Of a stretch of DNA of 64,000 nt, positions 1 to 9,410 are shown one piece after another. The first letter of the stretch is position 1, and every line of letters starts with the position of its first letter. Location of the stretch: contig JAAYMS010000160.1 of NCBI GenBank assembly GCA_012521295.1, forward strand, positions 20,092-84,091. The letters are read 5' to 3'. The notes under the pieces are model-generated. The model made no database searches. It worked only from the letters and a program-made list of their open reading frames with translations, and had not been told where the DNA came from. A program made the position numbers and the translations under genes. Origin of the DNA: Bacillota bacterium (lineage in GTDB: Bacteria > Bacillota > Limnochordia > Darwinibacteriales > Darwinibacteriaceae).

Positions 1-293
1 GAAATCATAACGCCTGCATCGCACTGCAGGGCCTTCGTCAAAAACGCTACTGCGGGAGTGGGAACTACTCCGACCAGCAGCGCATCTGCCCCTGCAGAAG
101 TGACCCCCGATACCAAAGCGGCTTCGAGCATTTGCCCAGAGATGCGAGTGTCGCGCCCAATCAAGAATCGGGGCCGGCTGCTGCCATTGCTGAGCACCAT
201 AGCGCCCGCCCGGCCTAAGACAAAAGCAAGCTCAGGCGTCAGTTCTTGATTAGCAACTCCACGTACACCATCTGTTCCGAACAACCTTGCCAT
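1..293 (-). CDS. glmM: Phosphoglucosamine mutase GlmM, N-terminal portion; the gene continues beyond the window start
   Basis: Reverse-strand translation from ATG at 291-293 gives [24 protein letters not shown]...[12 protein letters not shown]..., the canonical GlmM N-terminus. No stop codon occurs before position 1. It lies immediately downstream of cdaR, as in the conserved cdaA-cdaR-glmM operon. Confidence 0.75.
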   Translation of the reverse strand, partial: MARLFGTDGVRGVANQELTPELAFVLGRAGAMVLSNGSSRPRFLIGRDTRISGQMLEAALVSGVTSAGADALLVGVVPTPAVAFLTKALQCDAGVMI

Positions 294-305
294 TTCGGAT
301 ACCCC

Positions 306-995
306 CTACGATTCTCCAAGAGATTGGTATTCAATTTCTAGAGTTATCAATCCCGGATCGAGCTTCACTCCCTGAAGCGGTTTTCCTGAACCATCGATGG
401 CCACTACAGGGACCGTCTCCCGGGAACTGCCTAGCGTATCGCCCACACTAATATATGCAACTACCTGATCCACCTGCGCCAAGAGACTTCTGGGCGCAGT
501 TACAGCAACTGTGCTGGGAATGGGAGTAACCTTGTGCATGAGGGCCTGGGGGTAGATATTTAAGAGCCCAACCTGCACAGGATACTCGGCTGTGAGAATC
601 TGTTCTGTACGTACTGTCACCCACTGAGGGCTGATGCTTTCAACTTCCACACCGACGGGTGTTGGCACACTCACACTGTAGCTCATCTGGCCTTCTTCGG
701 CATGGGAAAGATCAATGACTGCCTGCAGATCGTCCTCAATCAAAGACAGAATCGGGCTGAGCCCCCGGAGGCGTACTTTCACATTAGGAAGCGGATCGAG
801 AAGAGCCTGATCGGCTGGCAGGTTCTGTGCTGTCAGAGGTAGGGTATAAAAACGCTCAGTTCCACCAATATCTCCCTCACCTGCGGCCAGGAGCCACAGA
901 ATCAGTGCCAATGCCAAAGAAAACAATCGCCAGTAAACCTGGGGATCGCTGAAGAATAGCCACAGCCTTTTCAGATACTCTCTGACGCGTTCCAC
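306..995 (-). CDS. cdaR: YbbR-like domain protein CdaR, regulator of diadenylate cyclase
   Basis: 229 aa with an N-terminal TM segment and YbbR-like repeats. It sits directly after cdaA with overlapping stop/start codons. Confidence 0.6.
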   Translation of the reverse strand: MERVREYLKRLWLFFSDPQVYWRLFSLALALILWLLAAGEGDIGGTERFYTLPLTAQNLPADQALLDPLPNVKVRLRGLSPILSLIEDDLQAVIDLSHAEEGQMSYSVSVPTPVGVEVESISPQWVTVRTEQILTAEYPVQVGLLNIYPQALMHKVTPIPSTVAVTAPRSLLAQVDQVVAYISVGDTLGSSRETVPVVAIDGSGKPLQGVKLDPGLITLEIEYQSLGES

Positions 996-1774
996 TAGGC
1001 ATCACCTCCAAAGGCAAACCGCCGTTCACTCTTGCCCTGCAGGTGATACTCTAAGCGCTCTGCTAAACGGACTTCGTTGAAATAGCGTTGGAGGCGGCCT
1101 CCCACCGCAAGAGATATAATGCCTGTTTCTTCTGAAACAACTACAACAACCGCATCAGACTGCTCGGATAAGCCCACAGCAGCTCGGTGCCTGGTCCCCA
1201 CAGCGCTGCCCAGATCAGCATTAGTCAATGGCAGAACACAGCGGGCACTGATTATTCTATTCCCTTTGACAATTACTGCTCCATCATGCAGCGCACTGCC
1301 AGGCTCGAAAATGTTGCGAAGTAGTTCCTCGCTGATCAATGCATCAAGAGGGACACCGGTTCTCGCATACTCCTCCAGGCCGAGTTCTTTTTGAATCACG
1401 ATCAAGGCACCAATGCGCTGCGCACTCATAGCAGCCGCAGCACTGGCAACAATCTGACTAATCTGAGAATGGCGCGCCACCTCACCGCTGCGCCAGCGCG
1501 CCCAAAACTGGCCACGGCCGATTTCCTCTAACGCACGCCGCAGCTCTGGATAAAACACAACTGGCAGCGCTACAATCACTGCGGTGATGGCATTTTCTAA
1601 CAGCCAGCTAATCGTGCGCAGATCGAGGGCACGGGCGACCACACTACTGGCAAAAATAACAGCCAGGCCCTTTACCAGTGTGATAGCCCGTGTCCCTTGA
1701 ATAGCATAGATGACACGGTAGATGACGAATGCCACGATTAGAATATCAATGGCGTCACGGATGGTAAAACGCAC
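995..1774 (-). CDS. cdaA: Diadenylate cyclase CdaA (DisA_N/DAC domain, c-di-AMP synthase)
   Basis: N-terminal TM helices followed by a DAC domain with LHDGAVIV and GTRHRAA motifs. The start was reassigned to the GTG at 1774, which is preceded by GGAGGAAG; the longer ORF-track start at 1867 would overlap the upstream aminotransferase. Confidence 0.8.
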   Translation of the reverse strand: MRFTIRDAIDILIVAFVIYRVIYAIQGTRAITLVKGLAVIFASSVVARALDLRTISWLLENAITAVIVALPVVFYPELRRALEEIGRGQFWARWRSGEVARHSQISQIVASAAAAMSAQRIGALIVIQKELGLEEYARTGVPLDALISEELLRNIFEPGSALHDGAVIVKGNRIISARCVLPLTNADLGSAVGTRHRAAVGLSEQSDAVVVVVSEETGIISLAVGGRLQRYFNEVRLAERLEYHLQGKSERRFAFGGDA

Positions 1775-1811
1775 GAAGCTTCCTCCTGATCGCGGAAAAC
1801 ATCGCTTAACA

Positions 1812-2933
1812 TTAGGCCTCCAACCACAGCCTTTCCGCTGCCGCTGTAGCGATTCCAGGCCTACCAAGGGTCATCTCGATGGCCGCCAGAGCAGTGAGCA
1901 TATCCAAGGGAGTGGCGTATCCCATGTGCCCAATCCGGATTATCTTTCCCGCGAAGGGGCCTTGCCCACCAGCAAACTCCACTCCATATTTGAGGCGGAT
2001 ATGCTGACGGAACTGATCGGCGTCATCAACCTTAACCCCTGTTACAGTTGGAGAAGCATAGGTTTCAGCCACCAAGAGTTCAAGCCCTAAGGCCCGAACT
2101 CCTTCCCGAACCATATCTCTCATCAAACGATGCCGGGCGAAAACATTTTCCAGGCCTTCAGCTTCCAGAATCTGAAGGGCCTCGTCCAGGGCGAAGACCA
2201 AAGAGATGTTAGGAGTAAAAGGAGGCTCATTTCGCTCCCAATAGCGATCATAGATGGACAGATCGAAGTAGTAGCGGCTTGTGCGCGCCTTAAGAGCCAC
2301 CTCTTTGGCCCGTCTTGAAAAGCTAACGAACGCCAAGCCAGGCGGTGCCATCAAACACTTCTGAGACGCAGATACAACCACATCAATGCCCCACTCGTCC
2401 ATCTTGACGGGCACTCCCCCGAGGGAGCTGACAGCATCAACAACCAGCAGAGCCTGGTGATCGCCGCGAGCTTTCGCCAGAGCTTCAATGTCATTGATTA
2501 CAGCTGTGGAAGATTCATTATGTGTCGCGAATATGACCTCAATCTCAGGATGCTCTTTGAGGTACTCTCCTACCCGCGCCGGATCAGCAGCTTTGTCCCA
2601 TGGATAAACAAGCTCATGCACTTCAGCCCCGAAAGCACGGCACATATCTCGCCAGCGTTGACCGAAGAAACCTCCAACGAGGCATAAGACAGGAGTACCA
2701 GGAGATACGAGATTGGCCACTGCCATCTCCATACCTGCCGTCCCAGAGCCTGTTACCATGTAAATCTGTTCAACTGTACCAAAAATGGGTTTCAAACGTT
2801 CCAGCACTCTTGGGTACAGTTCCTTAAAGGCGCTGCCCCGATGATTAACCATCGGCGCACTGGTACGTGCCAGCACTTGCGGCGGTACGGGAGTAGGCCC
2901 GGGAATACGTAATTCCTGTTTGTAGCGAAACAT
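1812..2933 (-). CDS. Class V aminotransferase (serine-pyruvate/alanine-glyoxylate aminotransferase-like, PLP-dependent)
   Basis: 373 aa. It carries the N-terminal LRIPGPTPVP motif and the PLP-lysine motif SASQKCL typical of the AGXT family. Confidence 0.7.
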   Translation of the reverse strand: MFRYKQELRIPGPTPVPPQVLARTSAPMVNHRGSAFKELYPRVLERLKPIFGTVEQIYMVTGSGTAGMEMAVANLVSPGTPVLCLVGGFFGQRWRDMCRAFGAEVHELVYPWDKAADPARVGEYLKEHPEIEVIFATHNESSTAVINDIEALAKARGDHQALLVVDAVSSLGGVPVKMDEWGIDVVVSASQKCLMAPPGLAFVSFSRRAKEVALKARTSRYYFDLSIYDRYWERNEPPFTPNISLVFALDEALQILEAEGLENVFARHRLMRDMVREGVRALGLELLVAETYASPTVTGVKVDDADQFRQHIRLKYGVEFAGGQGPFAGKIIRIGHMGYATPLDMLTALAAIEMTLGRPGIATAAAERLWLEA

Positions 2934-2964
2934 AAATGACCTCCCTAGTTATAGCTGAAATAGG

Positions 2965-3004
2965 CTTATATAGAGAAACGCCGTCTCCCGAAACGGAAGG
3001 CGGC
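2965..3004 (-). terminator. Candidate rho-independent terminator after the 138-aa gene
   Basis: A GC-rich imperfect hairpin (GCCGTCTCC...GGAAGGCGGC) is flanked by T/A-rich runs on both sides, just past the stop of the 3014-3430 gene. Confidence 0.4.
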
Positions 3005-3013
3005 TTTCTTTAT

Positions 3014-3430
3014 CTATGGTCTGATGCTGCGCGCCAAACGTTTGGCTGCTTCTTCGCTATCAGCTTCTGAACCTAATGTGGCAAAATAATCTACGATAAC
3101 ACCTTGCTTTTCCATGAGCCCCATTAACACACGGAGCGCTTTGGCGGAGCCTAACTTGGAGGGGACAAATGCAGCCCCTTTCTTTCCTTCTAAACGTGTG
3201 ACACGCTTAAGTATGTTATCTATCTGTTGGGGCATCTTCGGTTTGAAAACCCCACTAAAACTACTAATCAGACAGACTAAATCATATTGTGCACTACTGA
3301 TTGGGGCACTCCCCGCGGCTGCCGCAGATATGACCTCAATCCTGCCCCCTTCTTTCTCGAAGGCCCGCTGTAGGGTCTGTGCCAAACTCGGGTCCTTACC
3401 TTCGCCAGAATGCAGTATTAACACACGCAC
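3014..3430 (-). CDS. Hypothetical protein, possibly a flavodoxin-like fold
   Basis: 138-aa ORF with a GTG start preceded by GGGGG. It begins MRVLILHSGEGKD, which resembles the N-terminus of small flavodoxin-like/NADPH-dependent oxidoreductase folds. There is no strong family signature. Confidence 0.3.
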   Translation of the reverse strand: MRVLILHSGEGKDPSLAQTLQRAFEKEGGRIEVISAAAAGSAPISSAQYDLVCLISSFSGVFKPKMPQQIDNILKRVTRLEGKKGAAFVPSKLGSAKALRVLMGLMEKQGVIVDYFATLGSEADSEEAAKRLARSIRP

Positions 3431-3502
3431 GGTTCATACCCCCATCTATCTACCTTTGCTCCAATAGGATTATTTTCTCTAACAGCGCCACTAATTCCTG
3501 TT

Positions 3503-4942
3503 TTATGCACCGACAATTCTCCCGGCAGCATGAACCTTGCATTCGTAGGCGTAGGCAGAAGAGGAAATCGTATCACCCATACCAACGGTGCTGACTGGGT
3601 TTGGAACCACATGTGCAGGTACAACGAGTACATAGTGATCACCCATATCAGCAATTCCGGTCTGTTCAAAGTCGTCAGGGATACTGCAGCCTTGTGCGCG
3701 CATTTCTTCGGCAAAGCGGCGAATCTGTTCTAGGCCGATATCAGAAAGCTTGATCTCAGCTGCTTCATGAAGCTGGTCTTTTTCGACGTATCCACCATAC
3801 TTGGCCTTGATGGCATTGACAGAAGAGGCATACAAACATGCATCGCGCACAATTTCAGGATCAACAATATAGGGCTTCTTCAAGAATACGACATAATAGC
3901 CCAGATTGTGCAGCTGAATTCGCTCAAAATTCAGTGTCTCTGCGAGACGGCGTACCCCATGGTAGAGACAGTAGGCCCGTTCATTAGCCTGGATCGCATC
4001 ACACTCCGCCTGATACCCATAGGAAACCAGTACCCGTTTGATCTCATTTTCGTTAATTCCGAAGGACTGAATTTCCTGCGCCACAGTCTTGAGCACTGTC
4101 CTTTCTGCTGCTTCATCACTCATAGGTACATACTCAAAGTGGAGACGCAGCTTAGGATTCTTCTGCTTCAAGCTCTTCAGGCTTGCCATGCTTTCACTGA
4201 GGTAGGCATTCAGCTCCTCCTCGTCGGACGGCGCATAGTGATATCCTGCCATAAAGGCAACATCGATCTGTTGGCCCAGCTCAGGCAAGTACGGAGCGAT
4301 TTCATCGGAAAACGCCATCACAACGCCATCCGGCCGTGTGGCCATAATGACACGGTTAGCCCGGGGAGTCTTAACAACTTCACCGTTGAAATTGAATTCC
4401 ATGTTTTTGGGGTATTCGAAAATCCAGTTGACTTTGGTATTGTCAGTTGGACGGACCGCGTCTTGGACGTTGAGAATCCGCAGGGTTTCATCCACCACAG
4501 GCACCTTTACTGAAGGGAAGAACATGGAACCTTGTTTAGGGGAAAGAAGTGAAGTATAAACTAGAGAGTTTGCTCCAAGAGCAGCCATCTGGTTGGCAAT
4601 TACACCAGCTTGTCCGCCCATACTCTCTTTCCGAGATAAGAACTTCCGCTCGAGCCAATCCAAGAGGTCGAGATTGCGCAGAACGATGTATGAGGACTTA
4701 CCGTGGCCTAAGGCGCTCTTCAATACGGCAACGAATTCATTTGCAGTATAGATATCTAGAATATCGTCAGCATTTATCTTGCTGACTTCTTCGAGATCGA
4801 CATTCGGATCACTGCACAGTCCTTTAATGTCTTCGTTGCTGAGATGGACTACCGCGTCCACATTGGTGTTAAAAGCTGCTAATGTGCTGACTGAGAGTTC
4901 TTGATGAACTAGTTCCTTAACTCTATCCTGCCATACTTGCAC
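3503..4942 (-). CDS. ADP-dependent sugar kinase family protein (ADP-dependent glucokinase/phosphofructokinase family, PF04587-like), paralog A
   Basis: 479 aa. Family hallmarks present: N-terminal AFNTNVDAV (NxNxD), SMGGQAGVIANQ (GGQAG), HFEYVP (HxE), GINENE (NExE) and C-terminal STVGMGDTISSSAY (GxGD). Close colinearity with Pyrococcus ADP-GLK motifs from memory. Confidence 0.75.
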   Translation of the reverse strand: MQVWQDRVKELVHQELSVSTLAAFNTNVDAVVHLSNEDIKGLCSDPNVDLEEVSKINADDILDIYTANEFVAVLKSALGHGKSSYIVLRNLDLLDWLERKFLSRKESMGGQAGVIANQMAALGANSLVYTSLLSPKQGSMFFPSVKVPVVDETLRILNVQDAVRPTDNTKVNWIFEYPKNMEFNFNGEVVKTPRANRVIMATRPDGVVMAFSDEIAPYLPELGQQIDVAFMAGYHYAPSDEEELNAYLSESMASLKSLKQKNPKLRLHFEYVPMSDEAAERTVLKTVAQEIQSFGINENEIKRVLVSYGYQAECDAIQANERAYCLYHGVRRLAETLNFERIQLHNLGYYVVFLKKPYIVDPEIVRDACLYASSVNAIKAKYGGYVEKDQLHEAAEIKLSDIGLEQIRRFAEEMRAQGCSIPDDFEQTGIADMGDHYVLVVPAHVVPNPVSTVGMGDTISSSAYAYECKVHAAGRIVGA

Positions 4943-4984
4943 TAATACTACCTCCTAAGTTACATTCACTCCCAATATATACTA

Positions 4985-6019
4985 TCATAGTATTTCTTGT
5001 ACAGCAATGTTAACAATATGTTTCTTTTCAACATAGGGCGAGGTGAAAAGTCCCAGCAGAGCATCGTAGTCGGGAGTAAAAGAGAGCAGGCCTCCGACGG
5101 TGGCCCAAGGCGCTCCTTCCACATCGGCCACCATATGATCGCTGGTTACGCCGACAACCTCTACACCTGGTTCTACGGGCTGTAGATGGCCTGCCCCGAT
5201 GTCCTGCCGCCCTACCGCCAGTACCGCTCGGCGCCGGAGCCCCTTCGCTGTGGGCTTAGTCTGAACTTCGATTACCTCAGCTGTCAACAAACACACGTCG
5301 CGGTAACATCCCCAAAGCGGTGTATGGTCAATAATATCCCACCCCAAGAAGGCGCTTTCACCAATACGCAGGTGGCTGACGAAACTTGTCCACTCGCCAC
5401 ACCACATCTCCTGCCGCATGAGGTGTAGGGCACTACTGTTACCTCCAGAGACAACTAGGTTGGGCACAGCAAGCTCGGATAAGAGCTCTACTAGACGCTT
5501 ATACTGATTTGGTGCAGGGCTCGCTCCACTCAAACAGGCTAAATTCGTGCCAATACCCCACACTTCAATATTGGGGAGTGAACTGGCGAACTGAAAGATG
5601 CTAAAAAGTTCTCTACCCCATACTCCTTCGCGCAGGTCTCCCAAGTCAACCATCAAAAGGACCCTATGCACATGGCCGCGCGCCGCAGCCGTGCGGCTGA
5701 GGGCTTCTAACACGGGCTTTTCTGAGTTAACGCTGATATCCGCGGTTTCTATTACGCGTTCCACTTCGGTCAACGACGGTGTGCGCAGCAGCATCAGGGG
5801 TACACCAAGCTCAGCTTCTCTGAGACGGGCTAGGTTGTCCAAGCGTGAATCGGCCAAGCCCACAGCGCCACCCGCCACAAGGGCCTGCCCGACTCTAGGA
5901 TCTCCCCGGGCGACCTTGGTAACTCCAAAGACGTCTAGGCTGTGACTCCTGCAGCGTTCAGTTATAACCCGCATGTTCGCTTCGAGTTTTGCTAGATCAA
6001 TTGTCAGCAGTGGATACAC
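4985..6019 (-). CDS. Alanine-racemase-N-domain PLP enzyme (predicted amino acid racemase, YhfX/ornithine-racemase-like, COG3457)
   Basis: 344 aa. Fold-type III PLP barrel architecture with a conserved early Lys (GVTKVARG), characteristic of the predicted amino-acid racemase family. Confidence 0.5.
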   Translation of the reverse strand: MYPLLTIDLAKLEANMRVITERCRSHSLDVFGVTKVARGDPRVGQALVAGGAVGLADSRLDNLARLREAELGVPLMLLRTPSLTEVERVIETADISVNSEKPVLEALSRTAAARGHVHRVLLMVDLGDLREGVWGRELFSIFQFASSLPNIEVWGIGTNLACLSGASPAPNQYKRLVELLSELAVPNLVVSGGNSSALHLMRQEMWCGEWTSFVSHLRIGESAFLGWDIIDHTPLWGCYRDVCLLTAEVIEVQTKPTAKGLRRRAVLAVGRQDIGAGHLQPVEPGVEVVGVTSDHMVADVEGAPWATVGGLLSFTPDYDALLGLFTSPYVEKKHIVNIAVQEIL

Positions 6020-6034
6020 CCAGCCCCTCCTTCC

Positions 6035-6745
6035 TCAGATCCCTAAGTATCGTAGAATACCTCTGTAGATCGCTTCGGCGACCCGCGCTTGGTAACGGGG
6101 ATCGCCAAGCAGTTCAGCTTCTTGGGGATTAGACAAGAAGCCTACTTCCACCAAAGCTGCCGGCATTGAAGTATCTCTCAGCACCCGATAATTTCCCGGC
6201 CTGGCCAAGCGCTTGTTTGGCCCTAAGGCGCGCACAAGTTCAGTTTGGATCGCTTCGGCTAGACGTTGGCTTTCGGCCTGGCCCTCGTAGTAGAAGGTTT
6301 GAGCACCCGACCAAATCGAGGCGGGAAAGTAATTGGCATGAATAGAGATGTATAGATCTGCATTTGCATCTTCAGCCATCTCCACTCGGCGCTGCAGATC
6401 CTGGCGTTTGCGTTCTAAAAGATTCCTCTGCGTGTTGTCGGCTAGATCGTAGTCTCCCCTGCGGGTCATCACGGTATGGACAGCAGTTTTGTTGAGAAGA
6501 ACTTCCAGTTCACGGCTGATAGAAAGCACAATGTCCTTTTCGAGCAGCCCACTTCTGCTCACCGCCCCTGGATCAATACCACCGTGCCCTGGATCAATCA
6601 CAATCGTGAGGCCTGCCGCAACATGGGCAAGCCGGCCAGAAACGGGAATGTCTTCAGCCGAAAACACTCCAGCCACAATTCCGGCGGCAAGTGAACCAAT
6701 GACCCACCACACAAGGGTACGCAGGCGGACAACATAGACACGCAT
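6035..6745 (-). CDS. cwlD: N-acetylmuramoyl-L-alanine amidase (Amidase_3), CwlD-like germination-specific type
   Basis: 236 aa with an N-terminal TM segment, then IVIDPGHGGIDPGA and DLYISIHAN motifs of the zinc amidase_3 family. Size and topology match CwlD. Confidence 0.7.
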   Translation of the reverse strand: MRVYVVRLRTLVWWVIGSLAAGIVAGVFSAEDIPVSGRLAHVAAGLTIVIDPGHGGIDPGAVSRSGLLEKDIVLSISRELEVLLNKTAVHTVMTRRGDYDLADNTQRNLLERKRQDLQRRVEMAEDANADLYISIHANYFPASIWSGAQTFYYEGQAESQRLAEAIQTELVRALGPNKRLARPGNYRVLRDTSMPAALVEVGFLSNPQEAELLGDPRYQARVAEAIYRGILRYLGI

Positions 6746-6775
6746 ACGAACACCTCCATGCTCCTAAGAACATAT

Positions 6776-7387
6776 TCAGGAGTGGAGGTGTTTACGACAT
6801 AAAAAGATCCTGAATCCCGAACCGCGGTCTACTGTCGCGCAGTTGCCAAACAGGCTTTCGAGGTGTTTTTCTAGACTAGCTGCTCCCTGTTTGGTACGGA
6901 TAACCACCATTAATCCCCCACCAGGAGCAAGCCTTTCGTATGCTTCATCCATCAACCCATAGACGGTCTTTTTCCCCGCTCTGATGGGTGGATTGCTCAC
7001 CACCCAATCAAGGGGCTCATCGGGCCAGACTGTCTCGCCTTCTCCACCAAGGACTGTGGCATTTGTGATACCATTAAGGCGCAGATTTACTCTTGCCAGT
7101 TCCACCGCACGCTGGTTTACGTCAGTCAAGTAAACGTGCCCTTCGGGCCCAACCATGTCTGCAGCCACGATTCCGATAGGACCATACCCGCATCCTAAGT
7201 CCAACACCTTATCACCGGGCTCACAGAGCAGGTTGTTGACTAGGAGCATGGTTCCCTTATCGACTTTGGTGCGAGAAAAAACTCCAGCATCAGTCTGAAA
7301 GAGATAGGTCCGCCCCCGCAAGTCTACTTCAAATTCCTTGATGTCGTGTTTCGATTGGGGAGTCTGGCTGAAATAATGATCACTCAC
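6776..7387 (-). CDS. Class I SAM-dependent methyltransferase, RsmC-like methyltransferase small domain
   Basis: 203 aa with VLDLGCGYGPIG (motif I) and VVSNPPI (NPPY-like motif IV), typical of the RsmC/RlmG N2-guanine methyltransferase small-domain family. Confidence 0.6.
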   Translation of the reverse strand: MSDHYFSQTPQSKHDIKEFEVDLRGRTYLFQTDAGVFSRTKVDKGTMLLVNNLLCEPGDKVLDLGCGYGPIGIVAADMVGPEGHVYLTDVNQRAVELARVNLRLNGITNATVLGGEGETVWPDEPLDWVVSNPPIRAGKKTVYGLMDEAYERLAPGGGLMVVIRTKQGAASLEKHLESLFGNCATVDRGSGFRIFLCRKHLHS

Positions 7388-8613
7388 GATTTGGCCGCAC
7401 CTTCTTTCTCCATGGCGTGATATACCATCTCTAAATGCAGTTTGATCTCATCGACATTGGCTGCTGTAATAGTCTCGTCTATGCGGACCAAGGCCTCTTC
7501 TAGTATCTTGCGCGCCTCTTCGAGACGGCCCTGTAGGTAATATCCGTAACCCAGAGTATCCAGATAAGTAGCCTTTCGTTCCTGCGCCACTGCCTGTTCA
7601 GCCATCTGAACCGCTTGAACTAGGTTGACTCGGCGCTCTAGGTAAGCGTAGGCCAAGTTGTTCAAAGCGAGAGCGTTATTAGGATCGAGCATCAGCGCCT
7701 GCTGGTAGTTCTCTACGGCCCCTAAGTAGTTGCCTTGAGTGTAATATGTGTGCCCCAAGTAGAAATAAGCCGGTAAATAATACGGGTCAATGGATAGGAC
7801 CTTCTTAAACGAAGTCAATACGTCCTTCCACTGTCCGACATTGTGGGCTGCTTCTCCTAGGCGGATTTCCCACTCCAAGGTTTTCAGAACGCTCAAATCA
7901 CCAACTTGATCAGTGTTAACTTCCCAGTTAGAAAACGACACAGTTGTGGTATTCTGACCCTGTTTAAGAACAATCTCATTCGGAACCCATGCTCCAAAGT
8001 CGCCCCACCACAGAGTAAGCTTACCTGTAATGCCGCCGTAATCATAATCTAGTTCGAGAAAGCGAGGGCGATTAGCCGCACCTGAATCAAACCGGTAATT
8101 GCTCACAGAAAGCACAGCCTGCTGGCCTTCCATGATCAACAGCGGAATATTGGTCTGCTGATCGATCCAGTAAACTTTCTGCGGATCGGTTTCTAAGTAA
8201 TAGCGCCGCACCTCACGATGGGCCACCCGTTCTTGTCCTACATACACCAAGGGCTCGGCGTGAATTTGAGTTAGCGGCCAGAAGAACTGCTGCCAGATAC
8301 TGAACAGCGGAAAACCACTGTATCCATAAGAAGTCTGCCCTTGATACTGGGTCATGGTGAAATTGCGGTAGGCGCGCACGCGTCTCATAGATAGATTGCC
8401 CATCTGATAAGCAAGAGAAAACTCATCAGGAGCGCGCCATGAAAAAGTCCCCTGCAGCTCGTCTCTGTGTTCACCATGTTCAGTAACCCACGTCACATCG
8501 GCGATCGCGCGATCAAAATGGAGCCATGGTTCAATAGACTGGGCGGCAGCTGGAGTGATCAGCCCCAGACAGAGGACCGCTACAGCGATCAAAAACAGGC
8601 GTCTGGGGGTCAT
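7384..8613 (-). CDS. Secreted TPR-repeat protein with an N-terminal uncharacterised domain
   Basis: The start was set to the ATG at 8613 (RBS AGGTGA). This gives a signal peptide MTPRRLFLIAVAVLCLGLITPAAAQS with a signal-peptidase-I-type site and no lipobox. The C-terminal third carries TPR repeats (LGHTYYTQGNY, ALNNLAYAY). The longer ORF would overlap deoC by 71 nt. Confidence 0.6.
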   Translation of the reverse strand: MTPRRLFLIAVAVLCLGLITPAAAQSIEPWLHFDRAIADVTWVTEHGEHRDELQGTFSWRAPDEFSLAYQMGNLSMRRVRAYRNFTMTQYQGQTSYGYSGFPLFSIWQQFFWPLTQIHAEPLVYVGQERVAHREVRRYYLETDPQKVYWIDQQTNIPLLIMEGQQAVLSVSNYRFDSGAANRPRFLELDYDYGGITGKLTLWWGDFGAWVPNEIVLKQGQNTTTVSFSNWEVNTDQVGDLSVLKTLEWEIRLGEAAHNVGQWKDVLTSFKKVLSIDPYYLPAYFYLGHTYYTQGNYLGAVENYQQALMLDPNNALALNNLAYAYLERRVNLVQAVQMAEQAVAQERKATYLDTLGYGYYLQGRLEEARKILEEALVRIDETITAANVDEIKLHLEMVYHAMEKEGAAKS

Positions 8614-8614
8614 T

Positions 8615-9406
8615 TTAGTAATCACCTGTGCCTTCAGCGCCAGCAATGATAGCTGCGCCTGAGCTTGTCCCAATGCGAGTTGCACCAGCCTTGATCATGG
8701 CTTGTGCTGTAGCGAAGTCGCGTACCCCTCCGGACGCTTTGACGCCGAACTCAGGGCCCACAACAGTACGCATTAAGCTGATATCCTCTACAGTAGCGCC
8801 GCCAGGCCCAAAACCAGTCGAAGTCTTTACGAAGTCGGCTCCGGCCATGCGCACAAGGAGGCATGCCCGTACAATCTGCTCCTTAGTGAGATACCCGGTC
8901 TCTAAGATAACCTTGAGAACAACACCAGGCGCTGCATCGCGCACAGCCTTGATATCGCTCAAGACGCGAGCGTAATCGCCTTCCACTAAAGCGCCAATGT
9001 TAATCACCATGTCCAGCTCTTGGGCTCCATTAACCAGTGCATCGCGAGCTTCCATCACTTTCATGAGTGAAGTGGACGCCCCCAATGGAAAGCCGATGAC
9101 AGTGCAGACCTTGACTGGGCTTCCTTCTAGGAGCTCTGCCGCATATGAGACATGCACCGGATTAACGCAAACCGACTGAAAGCGGTGCTCCCGCGCTTCT
9201 TCACAAAGCTGCTTGATAGCGAGACGACTGGCATCGGGCTTGAGCAGTGTGTGATCAATAAACCGGGCTAGATTCTGCCGGTCTTTGGGTATTTCTACTA
9301 CCTGCGGCTGCATCTCCACGACAGCAGGTACACTGCTCGTTAGCCCCTGCCGTGCAAGGGCAAGTTCCAGCTGCTGGGTCTGCTCTCTCAGCCATTTCTG
9401 ATCCAT
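8615..9406 (-). CDS. deoC: Deoxyribose-phosphate aldolase
   Basis: Colinear with Bacillus DeoC: [22 protein letters not shown], the Schiff-base region [11 protein letters not shown], and VKASGG. The ATG at 9406 is preceded by AAGGAG, giving a ~35-aa N-terminal extension. Confidence 0.85.
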   Translation of the reverse strand: MDQKWLREQTQQLELALARQGLTSSVPAVVEMQPQVVEIPKDRQNLARFIDHTLLKPDASRLAIKQLCEEAREHRFQSVCVNPVHVSYAAELLEGSPVKVCTVIGFPLGASTSLMKVMEARDALVNGAQELDMVINIGALVEGDYARVLSDIKAVRDAAPGVVLKVILETGYLTKEQIVRACLLVRMAGADFVKTSTGFGPGGATVEDISLMRTVVGPEFGVKASGGVRDFATAQAMIKAGATRIGTSSGAAIIAGAEGTGDY

Positions 9407-9410
9407 CTGC

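Noticed and set aside
58-249. 63-aa plus-strand ORF at the window start
   Set aside because: It lies entirely antisense to the glmM coding sequence, which gives a clean GlmM N-terminus on the minus strand. It has no RBS and its composition is a mirror of the coding strand.
3767-4513. 248-aa plus-strand ORF
   Set aside because: It is antisense to the ADP-dependent kinase paralog A, which has strong family motifs. It has a low-complexity, Cys/His-rich composition typical of an antisense frame.
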